Shown: positions 18,183 through 28,300, counted from the stretch's first letter. The stretch is DNA of 32,000 nt from Candidatus Iainarchaeum sp. (GCA_028710695.1 JAQTTP010000001.1:1-32000), one strand, 5' to 3'. A program made the numbers and translations. Notes: generated by a model not told the origin, from the letters alone.

Positions 18183-18797
18183 TTACTTTGGGGCATAAGG
18201 ATTTATGTTCAGGTTAGAGGAGTCAATTTTTGCTTTAACGGCGTCACCCAAAGCATCAGTGTCAAAGAATAAGTCTAAGAAGTATTTACAGGTATTGTAG
18301 CCTGTGTCTTTTGTTGTAGAGATTATTACTTTGTTGTCATAAAGAATTATTTCATCGATATCATTATTTGAATTATATTCTACAAGGAAATTACTTGCTT
18401 TTGCGGCATCACATTCTTCCAAAGTGTAGGAAAGGTATTGTTTAGTCTTTGAATCATATCCTGCACAAAAAGTTACTTCTTGTTCCTTAACTTTGTAAAG
18501 AGATAGAACATTTTTGTCATTTCCGCTTAAAACCATACTATAGAGCAGGCTACAACCATACTCATTACCGTTTTTTTCTTGCTCAGAAATATCTGTAAAA
18601 AAAGTCCAATCATTGTTATCCACATATTTTCCCAGAAGTTCTTTAATGTTGCTATCAGATTTAAACATTATCCCTTGCTCGTTTACTTCGTTAATATATT
18701 TTTTCTCTTGGGCATAGGCATAATAATAGATTAATATTGCAATTATTAGAACCAATAGAACAATTATAATGATCTTCTTTTTATCCATAAAAATCAC
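18183..18797 (-). CDS. Hypothetical protein with N-terminal TM/signal anchor and extracellular Cys-containing domain (204 aa)
   Basis: MDKKKIIIIVLLVLIIAILIYYYAYA anchor; four Cys in mature part. Confidence 0.6.
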   Translation of the reverse strand: MIFMDKKKIIIIVLLVLIIAILIYYYAYAQEKKYINEVNEQGIMFKSDSNIKELLGKYVDNNDWTFFTDISEQEKNGNEYGCSLLYSMVLSGNDKNVLSLYKVKEQEVTFCAGYDSKTKQYLSYTLEECDAAKASNFLVEYNSNNDIDEIILYDNKVIISTTKDTGYNTCKYFLDLFFDTDALGDAVKAKIDSSNLNINPYAPK

Positions 18798-18810
18798 AAA
18801 ATATAAGATC

Positions 18811-18890
18811 CCTGTGCCTTTATGGCACTTTTTTCTTTCTTTTGGTGAGGTTAAGATTTTCTTTCTTTTCCAAAAAGAAAGAAAAGGTTA
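18811..18890 (-). ncRNA. Conserved two-hairpin 3' trailer element of tRNA-Asp
   Basis: 13-bp perfect hairpin (18857-18869/18873-18885), linker CTCACCAAAAGAAAG, then GTGCC/GGCAC hairpin with a 5-nt loop (18814-18828). Confidence 0.5.
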
Positions 18891-18962
18891 CGCCCAAACC
18901 GGGAATCGAACCCGGATCGCAACCGTGACAGGGTTGCATCATAGCCATTAGACCATTTGGGC
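18891..18962 (-). tRNA. tRNA-Asp(GTC)
   Basis: Manual cloverleaf: GCCCAAA/TTTGGGC acceptor, CAACC-CTGTCAC-GGTTG anticodon arm, CCGGG-TTCGATT-CCCGG T arm, discriminator G; no CCA encoded. Confidence 0.93.
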
Positions 18963-19040
18963 CCGGGATTTTTAAAAAAAATCCTAGGTTGGCAAAAAGA
19001 CCATATCTTCGCGACAAGTCGCTTGATATTCCAGATTACC
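18963..19040 (-). ncRNA. Conserved structured 5' leader element of tRNA-Asp (copy 1)
   Basis: Near-identical to sequence 5' of tRNA-Gly (30290..30355): GATATGGTCWTTTTGCCAACCTAGGATTTTTT(TT)AAAAATCCCGG, preceded by a hairpin ATATC...GATAT with different tip. Confidence 0.55.
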
Positions 19041-19131
19041 TAGAAAAGGTAAAGTATATAAAAAATATTTTCCTATGAATCTGTTTTTAAAGGTTATCTA
19101 TGTCTTTCTTGGTTTTTACCCCTATTTGCAT

Positions 19132-19701
19132 CTATTTAACTATATAATAGACTCCTGCTAAAAAGCCACCACTAAGAGCAGTAATCAACTGAATTAGGCT
19201 CATAGGCAACAACATGGCTTGCGGGACAATGCTAAATGTAACAAATAGAATAGTTACCACAAAAAGCAGAGCAGACTTTGCTGTGCCACCCAAAAACACA
19301 GTTAAGAAATAATTTTTGCTTTTTAAAACTTTAAAAGTTCGAATTATATAAACAAACAAAAAGTTTGATGCCCAAATAAAAGGCATTAAATAAATAAGAT
19401 ATATTGATAATGGCCCAAAAACAATTCCTGAAATCATAGTTCCAAAAGCAGGGAGCAATATAACTGGAAGAATTTTTTTATATTCGTAGTTTAAGGCACA
19501 ATATGCCAATGCAGCATTTACTACTGTTCCAATTAATAATTGATTTGGAAAAAAAGTAATTTTACTAAAAAATATTGGCACAAAAAAGGCAATACAAGCC
19601 ATAAAAAGCAGGTCAATTTTTTCAGATTTAAAAAATTTGAAATAAGAATTAGTATCCTTGTACAAAAATTGATATTTGTATTTTCTAAGCAATTTGTGCA
19701 T
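19132..19701 (-). CDS. Polytopic membrane protein, possibly ECF-transporter S-component-like (189 aa)
   Basis: Five to six hydrophobic helices; LSGGFLAGVYYIVK C-terminus; family assignment weak. Confidence 0.55.
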   Translation of the reverse strand: MHKLLRKYKYQFLYKDTNSYFKFFKSEKIDLLFMACIAFFVPIFFSKITFFPNQLLIGTVVNAALAYCALNYEYKKILPVILLPAFGTMISGIVFGPLSIYLIYLMPFIWASNFLFVYIIRTFKVLKSKNYFLTVFLGGTAKSALLFVVTILFVTFSIVPQAMLLPMSLIQLITALSGGFLAGVYYIVK

Positions 19702-19732
19702 AAAGTATATTACTCATTGCATATTTAAAAGA

Positions 19733-20563
19733 TTATCTTATTTCCATATTTCCTGATGGTAATTGTTTTACAAAGTCGTCCAAAGTCAGATATTTTGCAT
19801 CATTTGTTTTTAGGAATCCAAAGAATTTGGAGTTCAATTTTTTGGCAGCATCCCCTTTTTTTAATCTTCCTTGTAAAACTTGCAAAATTTCTGTTTTTGC
19901 ATTTTTCTTTACTGCAGATTCGGATCCAGAAAATGGCAGATAAATTTTTTCAGATTCAAAAAACTTTGAAATATCTAACAATGAAAAAGATAGCCTAAGA
20001 TCCATACTTTTATACCACTTTCTTTCGCCCCTTATTACAAATGATCCTTTTGGCAAATATTCTCCGGGCCCAGGGGTTTTTGAAACTTGGTCCGGGCTAA
20101 TAGAATAAACATCTATTGATCCAAATCCTTCTTTCCAAGCTTTAGAAAAACAGCCAGCAAATAAAGCGGCATCATTAAGATCAACTTCTTTTGCTTTGGA
20201 ACCGCCTTTTAGCAAAACAAAGGCAGCACCTTGTATGTTTGTGTGGAACGCAACATCATCTTTTTCAAGATATTTTTTTATTAGAAGTTCGTTTGTTGTT
20301 GAATCTCTACCCGCCACAATTAGATGCCCGTTAGTGGAAATACTCCAATAAAATTTTTCAAACCAAAACATAGTTCTTTTTGCTTTAGCAATGGATTTTT
20401 CTTTAGTTATGGAGCTTTTTGCATTTTCTGTGCGTAGCTTTTTTTCTAGGTCCGCTCTAGCCACAAGTGCAGATTCTGACTTCTTTTTGTTCTTTTTAGA
20501 AGAAAGATAATATTCCTGCGCGCTTTTGTAAACTGAATCGTAAAGGCCAATTTCAATATCCAT
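19733..20563 (-). CDS. NFACT-R (DUF814) domain protein; C-terminal part of an RqcH/NEMF-like factor
   Basis: KRTMFWFEKFYWSISTNGHLIVAGRDSTTNELLIKKYLEKDDVAFHTNIQGAAFVLLK preceded by coiled coil; only 276 aa. Confidence 0.85.
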   Translation of the reverse strand: MDIEIGLYDSVYKSAQEYYLSSKKNKKKSESALVARADLEKKLRTENAKSSITKEKSIAKAKRTMFWFEKFYWSISTNGHLIVAGRDSTTNELLIKKYLEKDDVAFHTNIQGAAFVLLKGGSKAKEVDLNDAALFAGCFSKAWKEGFGSIDVYSISPDQVSKTPGPGEYLPKGSFVIRGERKWYKSMDLRLSFSLLDISKFFESEKIYLPFSGSESAVKKNAKTEILQVLQGRLKKGDAAKKLNSKFFGFLKTNDAKYLTLDDFVKQLPSGNMEIR

Positions 20564-20637
20564 AAAGATTACCTATACTAATATAATAAACAAAAATATT
20601 TATATATAAAAAAGCTATTTATAGAGAATAGAGAGAA

Positions 20638-21393
20638 ATGGGTGAAATTATGTCATTAGAAAGAATTCCAACAGGTATTAAGGGTTTGGACGAGCTTATT
20701 GAGGGCGGAATCCCAAAAAACAGAACTATTTTGGTTGCTGGTGCAACAGGTTCTGGGAAAACAATATTTTCTATGCAATTTTTATATAATGGAATTATGG
20801 AAAGCAATGAGCCAGGGGTTTACGTTACTTTGGACGAAAGGCCAGATCTTATAAGAGAGGATATGGAAAACTTTGGCTGGGATGTAAAAGACCTAGAAGA
20901 ACAAAGAAAACTAGTTATCGTTGATGCTTCTATAGGGAGATTAGGACTTCCCTCAAACGAGGAACACGCAATAGTAGATACTAGCTTTGACTACAAAAAG
21001 CTTATGCTGGAAACAATTAAAGCCTGTAAGTCAGTTGGAGCAAAGAGGTTAGTAATAGACTCTGTTGCAACTATGGGTATGTATTTCAAGAATCCTGATG
21101 ATGCAAGACTTGCAATATTAGAAATGGTCTACATGTTTTCAAAAATTGGAGTTACTACTCTTATGGTCTCAGAGATTGAGCAGGATACAAAAAAATACAG
21201 TAGATTTGGAGTAGAAGAGTTTGTAACAGATGGTGCATTTATACTGAAGTATCTTGATACTGGTGTTCAAGGGATAAACCGAACATTCTTAGTAAGAAAA
21301 ATGAGGGGAACAAACCACTCATCAGATATACACCCTTTAGAAATAAACAAGAAAGGCATCGAGATAACAAAAATAGAACAATACGGCATCTAA
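20638..21393 (+). CDS. KaiC-like (RecA superfamily) single-domain ATPase
   Basis: RIPTGIKGLDELIEGGIPKNRTILVAGATGSGKTIFSMQFLYNG ... RLVIDSVATMGMYF. Confidence 0.9.
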   Translation: MGEIMSLERIPTGIKGLDELIEGGIPKNRTILVAGATGSGKTIFSMQFLYNGIMESNEPGVYVTLDERPDLIREDMENFGWDVKDLEEQRKLVIVDASIGRLGLPSNEEHAIVDTSFDYKKLMLETIKACKSVGAKRLVIDSVATMGMYFKNPDDARLAILEMVYMFSKIGVTTLMVSEIEQDTKKYSRFGVEEFVTDGAFILKYLDTGVQGINRTFLVRKMRGTNHSSDIHPLEINKKGIEITKIEQYGI

Positions 21394-22130
21394 AGAAGCA
21401 AAATAAGGCCTACAATTACAATAACTAATACCAATAACTTAAGCCAAACAAGTTTGCCTTTAAAAAACCAAGAAATTACTTCAAAAAGCAGTTTGGATAA
21501 ATACAAGAAAATGTGCCCCAAATACTTAAAAAAACCAAGTGGGCTCTTTATTTCAGACACCATATTAGAAAAAAGAGTCAAATTACCCCTGTCTTTTAAG
21601 CCATCTATGGCTCCTTCTAAAAAATCAAAGCCAGATAGGGCTGTTTTGTTAGTTGCTACGATAGATATTTTGTAATCCTTGTCTAATTTAAGGCCTATTT
21701 CCCAAATTGGTAAATAAACAAGCTCAACTTCTGTTATGAAGTGCTTATCTTTTTCTTCCAGTAAATAAGGCAATTTGTAGTTTAACAGGTCCAAAGCCTT
21801 GTTTTCTTGGCTAATCTTTGGCGTTATAATCTGTGGCTTATAAAGTTTATATTCTTCTAAAGTTAATAATTTATCCAGCTCCATACGTTCTGACTTTATT
21901 GCATTACAGAACTCTTTGTTATCTAAAACGATCTCTGAATTGCCAGCATTAAGGAAGCCAGTGCCTTTCTTTTTACCATGATGGTATTCAAAGACCCAAA
22001 ATGGAATATAATACAAATCAAATGCAGGGGTATCGTAATCAGATAAATCTGTGCCTTTTTTCGATAACAAACCGTCTAGATACTCATTCATGTCTTGTGG
22101 AGAAATAGTATTTAAAAAAGTAGAACGCAA
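21390..22130 (-). CDS. Hypothetical protein with C-terminal TM hairpin (246 aa)
   Basis: Soluble N-terminal region with FDLYYIPFWVFEYHH and VYLPIWEIGLKL repeats; C-terminal hydrophobic helices. Confidence 0.6.
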   Translation of the reverse strand: MRSTFLNTISPQDMNEYLDGLLSKKGTDLSDYDTPAFDLYYIPFWVFEYHHGKKKGTGFLNAGNSEIVLDNKEFCNAIKSERMELDKLLTLEEYKLYKPQIITPKISQENKALDLLNYKLPYLLEEKDKHFITEVELVYLPIWEIGLKLDKDYKISIVATNKTALSGFDFLEGAIDGLKDRGNLTLFSNMVSEIKSPLGFFKYLGHIFLYLSKLLFEVISWFFKGKLVWLKLLVLVIVIVGLILLL

Positions 22131-22165
22131 TCAGTACACCCAACAAAGATTATGGGAAAGAAGGT

Positions 22166-22525
22166 TTACTTCTTCCTCTTTATTATCTTTATTTTTGTTG
22201 GAGTTAAAATAACTTGCTCTTCGGAAATTCTTGCGATGTCTCCGTCGATTTCAGTAACAAATCTCTTTAACTTAGCCATTTGTTCCTTTAGTCTTACTGG
22301 GCTTCTCTTAACTAAGTCCCCTACGTTCAACAAAATTATGTTTCCGTCCTTTAGTTCTTTAGCAACAGACTTCAAATCTGTGTCTGCCTTTAAAACCATT
22401 GGCTTAACATATGCGTCAGCATCATCGTACATTTCTTCTTCAGAAACATCCAAATTGTTTAGGAAGTCTTCAATGTCAACTTCTTCTGACTTTGATTTTT
22501 TTAACATTTTTTCTATAAATGCCAT
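22166..22525 (-). CDS. sepF: SepF-like cell division protein
   Basis: 119 aa; YVKPMVLKADTDLKSVAKELKDGNIILLNVGDLVKRSPVRLKEQMAKLKRFVTEIDGDIARISEEQVILTP resembles archaeal SepF. Confidence 0.8.
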   Translation of the reverse strand: MAFIEKMLKKSKSEEVDIEDFLNNLDVSEEEMYDDADAYVKPMVLKADTDLKSVAKELKDGNIILLNVGDLVKRSPVRLKEQMAKLKRFVTEIDGDIARISEEQVILTPTKIKIIKRKK

Positions 22526-22598
22526 TTATACCCCTCCAGATAAGTATCACATTTTTAATCTGATAAAACATAGCTGTTAATATTTATAAATATATTGC

Positions 22599-22657
22599 AC
22601 CCGCAAGGGTTTCTTTTGATGGACCGGAGCTTTTCTTTTTGAAAGAAAAGCTTAGTA
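22599..22657 (-). ncRNA. Two-hairpin 3' trailer element of tRNA-Lys
   Basis: 11-bp hairpin (22628-22638/22642-22652), linker CATCAAAAGAAA, then ACCC/GGGT hairpin (22599-22610). Confidence 0.45.
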
Positions 22658-22731
22658 TGAGTTCGCGGGGATTCGGACCCCGGACACCTGGCTTAAAAGG
22701 CCAGTGCTCTACCAAGCTGAGCTACGAACCC
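22658..22731 (-). tRNA. tRNA-Lys(TTT)
   Basis: Manual cloverleaf: GGGTTCG/CGAACTC acceptor, CTGGC-CTTTTAA-GCCAG anticodon arm, CGGGG-TCCGAAT-CCCCG T arm. Confidence 0.93.
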
Positions 22732-22832
22732 ACTTTCTAAAAGAAATTCGATAATATCTCTTTCTTTATAAATATTTATAAAGGTATACATGAATCAAAA
22801 GCAATATAAAACAATTTTCCTAATTTGTATAT

Positions 22833-25280
22833 ATGGATGATTTAACCCCCGCAATGAAGCAGTTTGTAAAAGTAAAAAGAGAATATCCTACTTCCTTGCT
22901 TCTATTCAGAATGGGCGATTTTTATGAAACTTTCTTTGATGATGCTAAAATTGCGTCCAAGGTTTTAAACATTACACTTACAAAAAGAGGGGCGCAAGGG
23001 GTTCCACTTGCGGGAATACCATACCACGCTTTAGATAATTACCTGGCAAAGCTTGTTAAGGCCGGGTATACAGTAACTATAGTAGAACAAATGGAAGATC
23101 CAAAACTTGCAAAAGGCCGACTAGTAAAAAGAGATGTTTTACGGACAATCACGCCTGGAACCGTATTAAATGGAGACTTTTTAGACTCAAAAACAAATAA
23201 TTACATTGTAAGCCTGTGTTTATCTGAAAAAGTTGGACTAACTGTGTCCGATATTTCCACTGGAGAATTTAAGGTTACAGAACTAAATGATTTAGAAGAA
23301 CTAGTACACGAATTGATAAAAATACAGCCCGCAGAAATAATTTTGCCAGACAATACAAGTGACAATATTATTAATAGAATTAAAAAAGTTACAAATTCTA
23401 CAATCACTCCTTTTTCATTTATATTTTTTAATAAAGAATTTGGATTAGAAGAACTAAAAAACCATTTTAATGTTCTATCCCTGGACGGATTTGAAATTAG
23501 TAACAAGGATCTAATTATTGCATCTGCAGGGGCACTATTATATTATTTTAGAATAACTCAAAAAAGCAGAATAAACCACATAAAGACAGTAAAGAAATAC
23601 AGCATACATGAATTCATGTATTTAGATTCGCAGACTGTGCAAAATTTAGAACTTATAGAAAATAATTTTGACAGAACAAGAAAGCATACTTTGTTAGGTG
23701 TTTTAGATAATACAAATACATCTATGGGCGCAAGGATGTTAAAAAGAGAGATTTTGAGGCCATTGTTAAATAAACACAAAATTGACGCGAGACTAAATAA
23801 AGTTGAAACAATAATAAACTCCCAGTTATATTATGACATCGCAGATATTCTAAAACAAATTCCAGATATTGAGAGAATACTTTCAAAAATATCAATGAAC
23901 ACCGCAAATGCAAGAGATTTAATTGGCTTAAAGAATGCAATATTTGTTTTGCCACAGCTAAAATCATTTTGTGAAAAAATCGAGAATTTTAATTTTGAAT
24001 TAAACCAAGATATTTTAGATATTGGAAAACTTATTGACACAAGCATAGTTAACGAACCACCAATGTTACTAAGGGATGGCGGAATTATAAAAAGAGGATT
24101 TAACCAAATAATTGACGAATTAAAAGATATAAAAGAAAATATAAGTGACAAAATTCTAGCAATCGAAAAAAGCGAACGTGAAAAAACCAACATAAAAGGT
24201 TTAAAAGTAAAATACAACAGAATCTTTGGTTATTTTATTGAAATTCCCAAGGCAAATGAAAAAGTTCCAGAAAATTATCTTAGAAAACAAACATTAGTAA
24301 ATGCAGAAAGATACATCACTGAAGAATTAAAACAGTTGGAAGACACGTATTTAAGTTCTGAAGAAAAAGCAAAAACTTTGGAATACGATTTATTCTTTAA
24401 AATTGTTGAAGAAATTAATACAAAGATTGTTGATTTGTACAATGTCACTAAAGGGATTGAAGAAATTGATTTTTTTAATTCAATGGCAATAACTGCAATA
24501 AAAAACAATTATGTAAAACCAATAATTTCAGAAAACTATAACTTGGAAATAACTAATGGACGACACCCAGTTATAGAAAAGATTGAAGAAAATGAATTCA
24601 TAAAAAATAATTTGTTCTTAGACAAAAACGAACAGAACATTATGATTTTGACTGGCCCAAACATGGCAGGAAAATCAACATACTTAAGACAAAATGCATT
24701 AATAATTTTAATGGCCCAAATGGGCTCTTTTGTCCCTGCAGAAAAGGCAAACATAGGATTAATAGACAGAATTTTTACAAGAATTGGTGCGAGAGATAAT
24801 CTTGCAATGGGTCAAAGTACATTTATGGTAGAAATGAATGAGGTTGCAAATATTTTAAATAATGCAACCGAAAAAAGTTTTATTATTTTAGATGAAGTTG
24901 GAAGAGGAACTTCTACTTTTGATGGGCTAAGCATTGCCTGGGCAGTAGTTGAATATATTTTTGAAAACATAAAAGCAAAAACTTTGTTTGCAACACACTA
25001 TTACCAAATTACCGAGTTAGAAGAAAAGTTTGCGGGAATAAAAAATTATCATATTTCAGTAAAGGAACATAATGGAGACATAATATTTTTGAGAAAAATT
25101 CTACGTGGAAGTATTGATAAAAGTTATGGAATAGAAGTTGCAAAGCTTGCAGGAATTCCAAAAGCAGTTATTGAAAGAGCAAAAGTAATTGAGTCACAAA
25201 TGGAATTAAATATTAACAAAAAAGAAACAGCACCAGAAATTACAGTAAAAAAACTTGTTGGCCAGAAGACTTTATTCTAA
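22833..25280 (+). CDS. mutS: DNA mismatch repair protein MutS (full-length MutS1 type)
   Basis: Mismatch-recognition FRMGDFYETFF; ATPase LTGPNMAGKSTYLRQNALI, DEVGRGTSTFDGLSIAWAVVEY, FATHYYQIT. Confidence 0.96.
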   Translation: MDDLTPAMKQFVKVKREYPTSLLLFRMGDFYETFFDDAKIASKVLNITLTKRGAQGVPLAGIPYHALDNYLAKLVKAGYTVTIVEQMEDPKLAKGRLVKRDVLRTITPGTVLNGDFLDSKTNNYIVSLCLSEKVGLTVSDISTGEFKVTELNDLEELVHELIKIQPAEIILPDNTSDNIINRIKKVTNSTITPFSFIFFNKEFGLEELKNHFNVLSLDGFEISNKDLIIASAGALLYYFRITQKSRINHIKTVKKYSIHEFMYLDSQTVQNLELIENNFDRTRKHTLLGVLDNTNTSMGARMLKREILRPLLNKHKIDARLNKVETIINSQLYYDIADILKQIPDIERILSKISMNTANARDLIGLKNAIFVLPQLKSFCEKIENFNFELNQDILDIGKLIDTSIVNEPPMLLRDGGIIKRGFNQIIDELKDIKENISDKILAIEKSEREKTNIKGLKVKYNRIFGYFIEIPKANEKVPENYLRKQTLVNAERYITEELKQLEDTYLSSEEKAKTLEYDLFFKIVEEINTKIVDLYNVTKGIEEIDFFNSMAITAIKNNYVKPIISENYNLEITNGRHPVIEKIEENEFIKNNLFLDKNEQNIMILTGPNMAGKSTYLRQNALIILMAQMGSFVPAEKANIGLIDRIFTRIGARDNLAMGQSTFMVEMNEVANILNNATEKSFIILDEVGRGTSTFDGLSIAWAVVEYIFENIKAKTLFATHYYQITELEEKFAGIKNYHISVKEHNGDIIFLRKILRGSIDKSYGIEVAKLAGIPKAVIERAKVIESQMELNINKKETAPEITVKKLVGQKTLF

Positions 25281-25323
25281 AAAGTAAGATTTATATACTT
25301 GTTTTGCATATATATTCCGCTAA

Positions 25324-28300
25324 ATGAAATATGGTTGGTTAATCGTTGTCATAGTTACACTTTTACTTTTCCTTGCCGGCTGTATTAATGAAAAAGAAAA
25401 AACTGAACTAATTTCTTTGTGTAACAGTAAAACAAACATTTCATACAGTGACGCCCCAATTTGCCTAACTGCGACAAAATGTCAAGAAAAATATAATTCT
25501 ATTTTTGGATCGTCTTTAACGTCCGACACTTTAAAAATTGTAGAAACTGCAAAATCAAACTATCAAAAGTCTGTTGTGGATTCGTGGGTCGGAATAAGTA
25601 ATCTATTAGAAACTACTAAAAAAGTAAATGATGGTTGTGAGGATCCAACTTCAGATAGCTTTGTAAATGATTTACAATATTTATATTCTTACTCAAAAAT
25701 AAGTTCAAAAGATCTAGCAAATTTAGGATATAGACAAACTGTACTTTTGGGAACAATAAAAAATATTTTAGAAAATAACGACATAAATCTTATGGGAGAT
25801 ACAGAAGTTTATAAAACCTACACAGAAGTCATAGATAATTGGAATACTTTAATGAATAACTTTGTCTTAGTAAATAAAGAATTTAATTTACAACAGACAA
25901 AATACAATTATTGGGCAACATTTAACAGCAGCTATCTTTATGCTCCAGGAAAAGTTTCGAGCCAGTCTGTTGATAGTTACAAAAACATAATAAAATATGG
26001 CTTATTACAAGATGACTTATTTGGATTTACTCTGGACATAATTCCCGAAAACACGTTATTATCTGCCTTTGCAGATGCGATTTATGATAATGTAATAGGT
26101 AGCGATAGTGTAAGCTATGAAAATCTAAGCTCGGTATTTGAACAGTATTTTAATCTTGGCGATTTTATAAAAGAATATTCCAGTTTGTTTGGATATGGCG
26201 GCACATTAATTAATAGTTTAAATGGAAATATTTCAGAGCTCGACTCAGAAATTAGAACATTGGAATTAACATTAGACACACAGAAAAAAGATATAGAAAA
26301 AAATTTTGATGAACTTAAAAACTTAGAAGAAAACAGTGACACAGAAAGTTATTTACTATCATACTTTGGAATGGACACGAAAAAAATTGATTATTCCGAA
26401 AAAATTGCGAACTTAAAGCTTCAATTACAAAACTTAGATAAATCTCTTGGAAAGAAATACCAGGTAACAAATCAAATTGAAAATGAATTAAAAACGATTT
26501 TAGATTACAAAAATAAGCAGGCAGAAAATAATAATCTTATTTCTTTTTTGTGTAGTTCAGAACTTAATTCAATAATTACTGAAAATAAAAACAATGCAAC
26601 TTTGAGTTATTATTTTAATAAATTTAAAAGTTCCAAAGATATCACTGACTGTTATTACTTCTTAAAAAATTCCGAAAATACTGCTGAAACAGATTGTGAC
26701 TTTGAACTTAAAAAGCTAATTGACGAACTTCATTTAGAATACAACTCTGACCCCCAATTCTCTTGTGAAGAACTACAAAAGCTGAAATCTAATATTCTTT
26801 TGTATCTAGACAAAATTACTTTTGGAGAAATAAAAAATAATGTAATTAATGCCGCAGAGAAAGTTAATGTAATTAATTATAAAAGCCCAATTTGTGCAAA
26901 ACCAGAATCTTATGATTTGCTTGAATTTAAAAAGCAAATAAAGGGGGTTATTGAAATTTCAGAAAGCATTATCGACTCTGGGCTACAAGGACTAATTGAA
27001 AAAATTAATTATTGGAATACAAAAAGTGCAGAAGTTTTGGAAAACTCTTTGTCTTGCCACCTTACAAATAAAGCAAGGTTATCAAACAATAGCTTAATTT
27101 TTGATGTAGGCTTTAATTATGATGGAAAAATTAATACAAAAATAAAAACAAATTACAATATTACAAGTTTGTCAGGGCAATGTTTAGACAGTTATATCTG
27201 TAAGAACAACTATTGTGACTTGATTTTTAGCTGTTTAAAAAAATTAACTAATTTAGTAATAGAATTTGAAAGTTATAAACAAGAGAAACAAGAAATTAAC
27301 TATTCGGACGATTTAGAAATAGCTCAAAAGTTTTGTTTTGAAAATGATAATTCAAACCCGATTTTTGACGAAATATATTCCGCAGATAAAATCAGCGTTT
27401 ATTCTGATTATGGCAAAGAAATTAAACATTATTTAAGTGACAAAAAAATTCAACTGTGGAATCAAGTATTCGAAAAGGGAGATTGTATTTTTATAAAATA
27501 TTATTTTTATGATGCAATAAAGAAGGCTTTGTTATTAGAAAGCACAGATAAAATTTCCGAAAACATTACCAGATATAAATATAAGTTAGAATTAGAAAAT
27601 ACAATTTCGGTAACTCAAAATAACATAGCAGTTAATTTAGATTTTTATTATGATGCTGCTACGCAAAACCCTACAATTTTTGACTCGCAGGGAAAAGAAT
27701 ACAAAATAACAAAAACAAATAGTGGTTTTGTTTTTTACGCAAGTCTGGGCGCATTGTCTAAAGAAACGTACTCTATTTTATTTTATGCAAAGGATGAACA
27801 AAAAAAGTTCATTTTTGAGCTTACAAACATAAAAACAACAATTTCAGACTTAGCAAATTCAAAAAGTAATACAATAAAAGAAGAGGCCAATAGCCTCCTA
27901 AAACAAATTTCTAGCTTAGAAACAGTCAATCCAAAAAACAACAAGCTTGCTTTTGACGAACTAACTGCTCTAAATAAATCTACGTCTGATCTAATTACAA
28001 AAAATAAGAAGTTTTTGGTTTGGGCAGATGAAAAAGATATCAGCATAAAAAAACTAAAAAATCAAAAAAACTTCTTAGAGCAATTAAAAAGTAACTCGGT
28101 AAATCTGATAAAAAAAGAATTAATAAAAGAATTTTCCTCTTTTGAAGTCACAGAGGATTTAGCAAAGTTAAATGAGCAGATTAACCTTCTTGAACAATTA
28201 CCTGAAAATTCAGATATTCCCAAATTAGAAAACATTCGCGACAAATACACAAAAAATTTAGAATCACTTGTTGAAGATGGCTACAAAAAATATTTAATTT

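Noticed and set aside
18769-18951. 60-aa ORF and 18820..19017 minus ORF
   Set aside because: Both overlap tRNA-Asp and its flanking hairpins; translations are tRNA-derived.
18891-18962. Possible intron in tRNA genes
   Set aside because: All three tRNAs fold directly with 7-nt anticodon loops; no bulge-helix-bulge insert.
23201-24754. Minus-strand ORFs inside mutS, and similar ones inside the 1260-aa gene, argS, lysS and srp54
   Set aside because: Short antisense ORFs opposite strong coding genes; no motifs.
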